A DNA stretch of 14,021 nt from Promethearchaeota archaeon Loki_b31 (GTDB lineage: Archaea > Asgardarchaeota > Lokiarchaeia > Sigyniarchaeales > SOKP01): the NCBI GenBank assembly GCA_005222975.1, contig NJBI01000072.1, positions 1 to 14,021 of the forward strand, read 5' to 3'. This document shows, piece after piece, positions 7,003-14,021 of this stretch. The notes below the pieces were generated by a model, which saw nothing but the letters and a program-made list of their open reading frames with translations, was not told the DNA's origin and did no database searches. Position numbers and translations under genes: made by a program. Position 1 is the stretch's first letter; each line of letters starts with the position of its first letter.

Positions 7003-8736
7003 TTATTCCTCCTTTTTTATTCCTCCGTTTTGAGCCACTTCTTGTCGAATTACTTCTCTTGATTGTCCCGTAGTCGTATCAAATTCTTCAATAATTTTTT
7101 GCGTAATATTTTTTGCTACTTGTTTTTCGATGCTCTCCCGGTGTAAAGAATTCATAGTACAAAATGGAATCTCTTTAATGGTCCCATCCGGCATTGCTAC
7201 TCCAAAATGAACGATACATCTTTTTGTTCTTTCAATATCCATGTTATAAGCATCCTGGAAGTGCATGCTGGAAAGTAAGAGAGTGCCATGTGTGAACGAA
7301 CTAATGCTTTCCCAATCGGCGTTCATAAGCAGACGGGAGAACATCTCCATGAGTTTACCAGGTTTTTTCGTGTATTGTAGCATCCCAAGTAGAAATCTTG
7401 CTTTAAGTTGCGTTTTGTCAAGAAATTCTAAACCACTATCTAAAGTTTTACCGGCATCTCCTAACAAGTTTTCAAAGAATTTAATAGGTTGTTTCTCTTT
7501 GTGCTTCACTTTTTCCCAGAATCGATTAGCAAAGTCTATTATTTTTAACGGGTCAAAGTAGTCAATTATTGGAACCATCTCGTTAGTGTCAGGATCGACC
7601 ACTAGATATGTTGCGAAGCCACAATCTGGGTGGCAGGTGAACTCTACAGGTTCCACATCAGAAAGATATGCGACAATTCTGCCAAATTCCACGATAGTTG
7701 TTAATGGATACCAAGCTTCGTCCATCCTAATTTTACCACCGGTCTGATTTTCGATTTCTTGGATGACATCTGCGTTTGTAATTCTTAACTCTTGCATCTC
7801 TTCTGACGAAATTCTGCCACACAAAGAAACCGGTTGGAACGTAATTCCACGTATAATGTCAATATTATCAAGAGCAAATTGGATTATGTTACCTACTTCA
7901 ATGTCTGTGATCCCCTTAACAATTGTAGCTACTAAATTAATGGACGATAAACCAGCTTTCCGGCAATTTTCAACAACCTGTATTTTATATGGCATTAAGT
8001 TTTTTATCCCACGAGTCTTCTCGTAGGTTGAGTTATTTATGCCGTCAAATTGAAGATATAGAGTGTCTAAACCCATTTCGAAAACTTTTTTAGTCCATTC
8101 AAGACCTCCTTTTTTGCGGCTAAATCCGTAGCCGTTTGTAGCAACGATTACCTCTTTAAAACCGTGGTCTTTAGCCATTTTACAAATCTCAGGAAAATCT
8201 TTTCTAACTGTTGGCTCACCACCAGTGAACATTATAGCTGGTGCAGGCAAAGGCTTGCTTCTAAAATGTTTCATAATTCTGTCGATTTCTTCTAATGAAG
8301 GTTCCACTAAATAACCTGATTTCTGTACGTTAGCATAGCAGAAGTTACAGTTGAAATTGCATCGATTAGTCAAATCAATTAAAGCCAGAGAGCATGTTGA
8401 TAGATGTTCCGAGCAAAGACCACAGTTATAAGGACACCCTCTTGGATCTTCAGGTGAACAATCTGCGGGATTGGCCTCCCCGTTCTTCTCAAACTGCCAG
8501 ACGATATTTCCATCTTTGTCTTTCTTTTGATAGTGCGTCCATTTGTAATACTTTGCGCTTGAACTTAGGAGATCCTTGAAATCACCGTGTTCAGGACATG
8601 TTTTACGCATATATATTTGCCCGTCATCTTCTTCTTGAACTACCGCCGGTATCCGTTCTAGGCACTCTGGACATATGCTGACCGTCTCTCTAAAATATTT
8701 TTCATTTAAATAATCTGTTCCATCTAAATGGTACAT
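7003..8736 (-). CDS. tes: Radical SAM tetraether lipid synthase (Tes / GDGT-MAS, MJ0619 family)
   Basis: N-terminal rubredoxin-like site CPEC...KTCPEHG, auxiliary cluster GCPYNCGLC, radical SAM motif CNFNCNFC, TGGEPT, YLQFDG, FQPVS, CHPDCG, MHFQD.Y..D..R..RCIVH and IPFC. A GGTGTGA SD-like site lies upstream. Confidence 0.9.
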   Translation of the reverse strand: MYHLDGTDYLNEKYFRETVSICPECLERIPAVVQEEDDGQIYMRKTCPEHGDFKDLLSSSAKYYKWTHYQKKDKDGNIVWQFEKNGEANPADCSPEDPRGCPYNCGLCSEHLSTCSLALIDLTNRCNFNCNFCYANVQKSGYLVEPSLEEIDRIMKHFRSKPLPAPAIMFTGGEPTVRKDFPEICKMAKDHGFKEVIVATNGYGFSRKKGGLEWTKKVFEMGLDTLYLQFDGINNSTYEKTRGIKNLMPYKIQVVENCRKAGLSSINLVATIVKGITDIEVGNIIQFALDNIDIIRGITFQPVSLCGRISSEEMQELRITNADVIQEIENQTGGKIRMDEAWYPLTTIVEFGRIVAYLSDVEPVEFTCHPDCGFATYLVVDPDTNEMVPIIDYFDPLKIIDFANRFWEKVKHKEKQPIKFFENLLGDAGKTLDSGLEFLDKTQLKARFLLGMLQYTKKPGKLMEMFSRLLMNADWESISSFTHGTLLLSSMHFQDAYNMDIERTKRCIVHFGVAMPDGTIKEIPFCTMNSLHRESIEKQVAKNITQKIIEEFDTTTGQSREVIRQEVAQNGGIKKEE

Positions 8737-8968
8737 TTAAAATCACACCAATTTAAAATAATTTAATTAAATCATTTATTAAACATATTAAAAACAATTT
8801 TATATAAAAAGAAAATCCTAATTTTAATATTATTACAAATACCAAGATTAAAGATCGTAAAGATTGTAGAATATGTTTTCTTGTTTTCTACTATTGTTTT
8901 ATTATACAATAATCTCTAAATAATGTTAAGAAATTCCAAAATTTAGGTTTTGTATAACTTTTTCAACT

Positions 8969-9766
8969 TTATTTTCCTTGAAAATTTGGTTTTCTTTTTT
9001 CAAGAAAAGTTTTTACGCCTTCTTTAAAATCTTCTGTGCCAGCACTTATCTTTATATTTTCAGCTTCAAAATCTAAATGCTTTTCTAAATTATTGTTATA
9101 CGAATCATTAATTAATTTTTTCGCGTTCGCAAATGCTATAGGAGCCCCCCTACTTAATTTTACAGCAATTTTTTTGACTTCATCTAACAAGGATTTTTCA
9201 GTTTTAATAACATGAGAAACTAAATTGAATCTCAAAGCTTCTTCTGAATTAAGATTTCTATTTAAAAAGATCATCTCATTTGCTACACTTAAACCAACAA
9301 TTTTAGGTAAGTGATAAGTTGTAGAAGAGTTAGGTGATAAACCAACTCCTGTAAATGCGGAACCAAAAGAGGCGTTTTTGGAACAGATTCTCAAATCACA
9401 GGAACAAGCAAGACCTAAACCTGCTCCAAAACAAGGACCGTTTACTGCAGCGATAGAAGGGGCTTTCATAGTTTTAAGAATTTTTAATCCAGCGTGCAAC
9501 TTACTTACCAGTTTAGTAAGAAATGCTTTAGGGTCTTCTGCTTCGTTAAATTCAATTAAATCACCACCACCACAAAAGGCTTTTCCTTTTCCAGTTATGA
9601 TCAAGGAGCGAATAACTTTATTATTAGAGATTTCATAGAGGGAGTCGTATAAATCTTCTGCTAATTTATAACTTAAAGCATTAAATTGCGTAGGACGATT
9701 AAAGAACAAAATAGCTAAATTATTAAATTTATCTATTTCTAATTCTATTAATTTATTTTCAGACAT
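8969..9766 (-). CDS. Enoyl-CoA hydratase/isomerase (crotonase family, PaaG-like)
   Basis: Motifs FNRP..FNAL, AFCGGGDL, IAAVNGPCFGAG, CDLRI and EDFKEGV..FLEKRKPNFQG. ATG 9766 is preferred over the TTG at 9775 in the ORF track. Confidence 0.93.
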   Translation of the reverse strand: MSENKLIELEIDKFNNLAILFFNRPTQFNALSYKLAEDLYDSLYEISNNKVIRSLIITGKGKAFCGGGDLIEFNEAEDPKAFLTKLVSKLHAGLKILKTMKAPSIAAVNGPCFGAGLGLACSCDLRICSKNASFGSAFTGVGLSPNSSTTYHLPKIVGLSVANEMIFLNRNLNSEEALRFNLVSHVIKTEKSLLDEVKKIAVKLSRGAPIAFANAKKLINDSYNNNLEKHLDFEAENIKISAGTEDFKEGVKTFLEKRKPNFQGK

Positions 9767-9789
9767 TATGTTCAAAATAAATGAAATAG

Positions 9790-9805
9790 ATTATAAATTC
9801 TTTCT
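9790..9805 (-). promoter_or_regulatory. BRE-TATA promoter for a probably leaderless crotonase transcript
   Basis: Minus strand AGAAAGAA-TTTATAAT, ending about 24 nt before ATG 9766, which is canonical archaeal spacing. Confidence 0.55.
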
Positions 9806-9987
9806 AGGTTCTTGACTTTCAAAGTTAAATTCCATGGTGTGCATCTATCAAAGGAGACCGTTCTCCACCCTATGGTATAGTTACCGATGTGGATTACATA
9901 TAACAGGATCTAATTTAAAAAAATTTTAAATTTAAAAAATATATTAGGTATATATAATTATATGAAAATCCATCTGAGGATATTTTT

Positions 9988-10461
9988 ATGGCAAAATTCA
10001 GAACAACTATAAATATTAAGAGGTCTCCTGAAATAGTATGGAAAGCATATATAGATCCTCATAATATGATTCAATGGACTAAATTTTTAGAAAAGGTGGA
10101 AGTTATTGAGGGTAAGTTTGGGGAAGTAGGAGCAATAGCTCATTTGCATTATCTGGAGAAAGGACGTTCCTATATTTTAGAAGATAAATTACTTTCTTAT
10201 GAAGCCGGGAAGAAGATTGTATCACAAGTTTCAGGACAAGGAATGACGATAAAAGTTGAAACGATTTTTGAAACCTGTCCAAATGGCACTAATATTTCAA
10301 TTATTTGGAAGGGGACGAGTAAATCATTATTTGTAAGAGTTATTCTTAGATTGATGCAGAGAAAAATTGCTAAAAATGGAGAAGCTGAATTAAATATATT
10401 TAAAAAATTAGTCGAGACTCATGGAGTTAAGTTTCCTAATAATCCTAAAGAGAAATTGTAA
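9988..10461 (+). CDS. SRPBCC (START/polyketide cyclase-like) family protein
   Basis: TINIKRSPEIVWKAYIDP....W followed by a beta-rich core and a C-terminal helix (LNIFKKLVE). GAGGA lies upstream. Confidence 0.85.
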   Translation: MAKFRTTINIKRSPEIVWKAYIDPHNMIQWTKFLEKVEVIEGKFGEVGAIAHLHYLEKGRSYILEDKLLSYEAGKKIVSQVSGQGMTIKVETIFETCPNGTNISIIWKGTSKSLFVRVILRLMQRKIAKNGEAELNIFKKLVETHGVKFPNNPKEKL

Positions 10462-10537
10462 TAGGTTCTAAAGAAATTTGGCTTTTAGATAAATATGAAG
10501 TTATTGATATTAGTTATTCTGTTCTTACAAAAATATT

Positions 10538-11938
10538 TTAATTAAGAGATTTAGAATATTTTCTCGTTAGTGAGTTAGTCAACTCTCTTAATTTTTTAGA
10601 AATTTTTAATTTAAAAACATGATTTTCATCTAAGGTTTTGTATTCGCTTGATAATTTTTTAATATTCTTTAGATAATACTGTTGGATTTCCTTTAATTGA
10701 GGTATCATGCTAATTAAGATTCCTTTTTCCATTATTGGAATTAATAGAGCTTCTGAATTCGGCGGCGCTTCGTCGTCTTCTAACATTAAAATATCTTCTT
10801 TGAAAACTCCTCGCCTGTTATAAATCCTGTAAATCTGCTTCTTTCCGGGGTAAGTTAATTTTTCTTTGCTTATTTTAATTTTAGGTTGGCCATTATATTC
10901 TATTAGCTTATACACGCCTGCAATAGTTGGGTCGTCCCTAGATGTTGCTAACTCCGTTCCCACGCCAAATCCATCAATAGGAGCGTTGTTATCAATAATT
11001 TGTTTAATCTTATACTCGTTTAAATCAGAACTTGCAACGATTATAACTTCTTTACAACCATTATCGTCTAAAATCTTGCGAACTTTTTTTGCGTGCTCAA
11101 TGAGATCACCTGAGTCTATTCTTACCCCTCTTATGTTGTTCTTGTATTTACAGACGGTTTTTGCTGCTTTTTCGGTGTCGTAAGTGTCAATTAAAAGTAT
11201 TGAGTTCTTACCATAAATTTTGTAATATAAATCGAAACTCTCTTTCTCATCGTCAAATCGTTGGACAAAACTGTGAGCCATTGTACCGCTAGAATTAATA
11301 TCCAACTCGAGGTCAGCAATCACGTTACTTGTACCGTTAAAACCAGCAATATAGCTAGCTCTTGCCGCGTAAACACCTGCGAGAGGACTGTGAGATCTTC
11401 TAGTACCGAATTCAAGAAGAACCTTATCTGGAGCAATAGTTTTTATTCGAGACGCTTTAGAGGCCACAATAGTTTGGTAATTGATGATGTTCAACAAATA
11501 TGTTTCTGCTAATTGAGCGTGGAACATAGGCCCTTGAACTCTCATAATGGGCTCTTGGGGAAAGAAAAAATTCCCTTCTTTCATTGCCCACACATCTAAT
11601 TTAAACTTGAAGTTAGGCAAGTAATCGTCAAAATAGCTGGAATCGATGTTTTTAAAAACCTCTTTTTGTCTCAAGAAATTAATTGTCTTTTCAGTAAATC
11701 TAGCGTTTTGTAAATAATAAATTGCTTGTTCTAAACCGGCGAAAATTAAGTAATTGCGATTTTTAGGATATTTTCTAATAAAAAGATCAAAAACTGCGAT
11801 ATCGTTTTCATCATTTCTACTTTTCTCTAAATTATCTTGATAATAAGCAGCCCCCATAGTTAATTGATAAAAGTCCGTAGCAAGGACCAAGTTAATATTG
11901 TTTATAAAACCAGATTTTGGCTCTCTCATTATTTTCAT
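10538..11938 (-). CDS. pncB: Nicotinate phosphoribosyltransferase
   Basis: Motifs TDFYQLTM, EFGTRR, GTSNV, GTMAHSFV, LIDTYD, GVRIDSGDL, FGVGT and VYKL. Confidence 0.95.
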   Translation of the reverse strand: MKIMREPKSGFINNINLVLATDFYQLTMGAAYYQDNLEKSRNDENDIAVFDLFIRKYPKNRNYLIFAGLEQAIYYLQNARFTEKTINFLRQKEVFKNIDSSYFDDYLPNFKFKLDVWAMKEGNFFFPQEPIMRVQGPMFHAQLAETYLLNIINYQTIVASKASRIKTIAPDKVLLEFGTRRSHSPLAGVYAARASYIAGFNGTSNVIADLELDINSSGTMAHSFVQRFDDEKESFDLYYKIYGKNSILLIDTYDTEKAAKTVCKYKNNIRGVRIDSGDLIEHAKKVRKILDDNGCKEVIIVASSDLNEYKIKQIIDNNAPIDGFGVGTELATSRDDPTIAGVYKLIEYNGQPKIKISKEKLTYPGKKQIYRIYNRRGVFKEDILMLEDDEAPPNSEALLIPIMEKGILISMIPQLKEIQQYYLKNIKKLSSEYKTLDENHVFKLKISKKLRELTNSLTRKYSKSLN

Positions 11939-11944
11939 CTTAAA

Positions 11945-12910
11945 TTAAATTTTTGAAAGTTTGGTAACTCTCTTCAAAATTAAACCCCAAAAATTATCTT
12001 TATTTACGCCACCACTGCATGTTATTTTATCTCCGACTTTAAATTCAACCTTCTCGTAAGCATTATCGCTGACCCTTATTTTTAACTCATTAACCTTGAT
12101 AGTATCCTCTTCGCGATAATCCTTAGCTTTCTTTAATTGAGGTCCAATTTTCACATCTTTTAGAGAAACTATATAGTAAATAGTCACATTACCTTGAAAA
12201 TCAGATTCCCTTTCCAAAATTTCAGTAATTTCCCCTTTGTAAACTGTGATTCTACTGTTGAGATATTTCAACAACTGATAATCGGTTGAACTTTCGTCAA
12301 CCATGCTTACGGCTTTTCCTGACTCCTTAGTTTTATCTCCGGAAGTTGTTGTCGTAGAAATTTTTATCGTTGCGATTTTTTTTTCGAAATCCTTTGGTAA
12401 GACAGTTAATTTCCAACCTGATAATTTAAAATAATTATGTTTGAGCGAAAAAATTAAACCGACCCAAAAGTGACTACAAAAACCATTATTTGATCCTATT
12501 CTACAATCGCAGTCGCGTTCAGGGTCGTCAATATTTTCTGGCGTTATAGATAAATAGGACGAAACCTCCCAGTTAAAGCCCTTGAATAGCAATTCGATTT
12601 CGTGGTTTTTTTCATTAACAATTTTTATGGCACTTATCGTTTCGCGATAGCTACCGTTTATTATTTTGATTGCTATCTGAATTTCGTTCGAAATAATTTC
12701 TAACTCTTTTTGCTCCACTAATTCTTTAAGTTCTTCTTCTGCTAACGAATCAAGTATGAAACCAACTAACTCTGTTTTTTTGAGTTTTGAATACCCCTTT
12801 AATTCAAAATCTCTGCACATTTGCTTCAAGTCGTTAACGTTTAAAGATTGAAGTAAATAATTCAAATAAATTTTATCGTCTAATTTTTTGCTCAAAATTT
12901 TCACACTCAA
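11945..12910 (-). CDS. Uncharacterised putative nucleic-acid-binding protein: Rho-N/HeH domain, SWIM zinc finger and probable OB fold
   Basis: LQSLNVNDLKQMCRDFELKGYSKLKKTELV is Rho_N/HeH-like. CDC-x8-CSH is SWIM-like. The beta-rich C-terminus (GEITEI...YYIVSLKD...FKVGDKITCSG.V) is OB-like. The start codon is uncertain (TTG 12910 or GTG 12904). Confidence 0.75.
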   Translation of the reverse strand: MSVKILSKKLDDKIYLNYLLQSLNVNDLKQMCRDFELKGYSKLKKTELVGFILDSLAEEELKELVEQKELEIISNEIQIAIKIINGSYRETISAIKIVNEKNHEIELLFKGFNWEVSSYLSITPENIDDPERDCDCRIGSNNGFCSHFWVGLIFSLKHNYFKLSGWKLTVLPKDFEKKIATIKISTTTTSGDKTKESGKAVSMVDESSTDYQLLKYLNSRITVYKGEITEILERESDFQGNVTIYYIVSLKDVKIGPQLKKAKDYREEDTIKVNELKIRVSDNAYEKVEFKVGDKITCSGGVNKDNFWGLILKRVTKLSKI

Positions 12911-13372
12911 TTTATTATTAGTTATTTCTATGTTGTCTGATTAATTTTAATTTCCCTTTATTTATAAATTCCTTAAAATATCTCTAATTTATCTGTAAAT
13001 TTACAGCCTCTCATTTTTTATTAGTACAAATGTCTATTGAAACACATAGGAATGAGAATTTCTTTCCATTATATCGGGGGCAACGGATATTCGTCATTTT
13101 CAATTACTAATTACTTTTTTTATAAACAAAATTATCTTAACATAATGATCGGTTAATCTACATCAAATCCCTACAAATAATTTTTTATGTATTATATTTT
13201 CTCTTATTAGTTTAGGATTTAGGCATCGGATTAATAACCGTGCTGCTATCAGCGAAGAATAAAGGCGTGATGCAAAAATCGTTCCTTATTTGTTTATATA
13301 TATCTTTCACGAAATATTGCATATAAATAAATAATTTAATTAAAAAGGTGAATAAATATAAAAAGTAAATCA

Positions 13373-14021
13373 ATGCAGAAATCAAAAAAAAAAAAAAATC
13401 TTGCTGATTATTCTACTTATTTCAATGTTTATCGTAATTCCAAATTTGTTAATAAGTATACAGAGAGATAGCGAAATTCTCATTGACGAGAAGAATCATA
13501 ACGAGATTATTAATATACGACCCCCCCAAGAATCTTCTGTTTATTACGAAGATACGACTGGAAGGGCAACTGGCGTTTATGTAAGCGGGGATTACGCCTA
13601 TGTGTCGGATGGTGATTCGGGTTTGGCAGTCATCGATATTTCTGACCCGACAAACCCGGGAACGCCCGTCTACGAAGACACGACCGACTATGCAGGTGAT
13701 GTTTACGTGAGCGGAGATTACGTCTACATGGCGGCTGGTAATTCGGGTTTGGCAGTCATCGATATTTCTGACCCGACAAACCCGGGAACGCCCATCTACG
13801 AAGACACGAGTGGAGATGCACGTGGCGTTTACGTAAGCGGAGATTACGCCTATGTGGCGGATGGTAATTCCGGCTTGGCGGTCATCGATATTTCCGACCC
13901 GACAAACCCGGGAACGCCCGTCTACGAAGATACGACAGGAGGTGCATTTGGCGTTTACGTGAGCGGAGATTACGCCTATGTGGCGGATAGTAGTTCGGGC
14001 TTGGCGGTCATCGACATTTCC
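13373..14021 (+). CDS. Secreted or surface LVIVD-repeat beta-propeller protein; frameshifted at the A15 tract as given; runs off the right edge
   Basis: With one A removed it reads MQKSKKKKILLIILLISMFIVIPNLL (signal peptide), then 42-aa repeats of the form YEDTxGxAxGVYVSGDYAYVADxxSGLAVIDISDPTNPGTPV. The repeat frame is open from 13362 to the edge. Confidence 0.88.
13384..13398 (+). repeat. A15 homopolymer inside the signal-peptide n-region
   Basis: 15 consecutive A residues counted between TC (13382-83) and TC (13399-400). Confidence 0.95.
13545..14021 (+). repeat. 126-bp coding tandem repeat, 3 full units and 1 partial
   Basis: Units start with TACGAAGA at 13545, 13671, 13797 and 13923. 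Units 1 and 2 share a 53-nt exact match. Confidence 0.97.

Noticed and set aside
6083-8736. MoaA plus MoaD molybdopterin operon
   Set aside because: The radical SAM protein is 577 aa with rubredoxin-like and extra Cys motifs diagnostic of Tes, and lacks the MoaA C-terminal GG.
9912-9932. Inverted repeat AATTTAAAA-AAA-TTTTAAATT
   Set aside because: It is A/T-only and expected by chance in this composition.
7265-11512. Plus-strand ORFs at 7265, 7763, 8394, 9378, 10866 and 11261
   Set aside because: All lie antisense within well-supported genes (tes, crotonase, pncB).
13030-13326. Small ORF 13030-13110 (26 aa) and hydrophobic frame 13141-13326 with an internal TAG
   Set aside because: There are no recognisable motifs, the second has no start codon at its 5' end, and AT-rich DNA gives hydrophobic translations by chance. 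No basis for recoding.
13545-14021. CRISPR array
   Set aside because: The period is a fixed 126 bp, the units are in-frame coding with synonymous variation, and there are no unique spacers.

Overview
Most of the window (about 1210-14021) is AT-rich archaeal DNA, around 30% GC by spot count. Its gene set and promoter/SD style fit Asgard archaea (Lokiarchaeia-like); this placement is inference. It contains a 5'-truncated PolB1 and a minus-strand run of five genes: tetraether lipid synthase (Tes/GDGT-MAS), a small helical protein, a tandem MoaD/ThiS ubiquitin-like protein, a dolichol/phytol-kinase-like membrane enzyme and an MFS transporter. Further right are an enoyl-CoA hydratase, an SRPBCC protein, pncB, and a protein with HeH, SWIM and probable OB domains. 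The right edge holds the start of a secreted LVIVD beta-propeller gene, frameshifted in an A15 tract, whose 126-bp GC-rich repeats have a near-identical framework and a few hypervariable NNT codons. The first ~1.2 kb is a GC-richer patchwork of four unrelated gene fragments (QmoB/HdrA, class I aldolase, lipoprotein start, GDP-mannose dehydratase end) and is most likely an amplification or assembly chimera. The strongest leads are the switchable, diversifying LVIVD surface protein, the di-ubiquitin-like protein and the Tes/lipid-kinase cluster.
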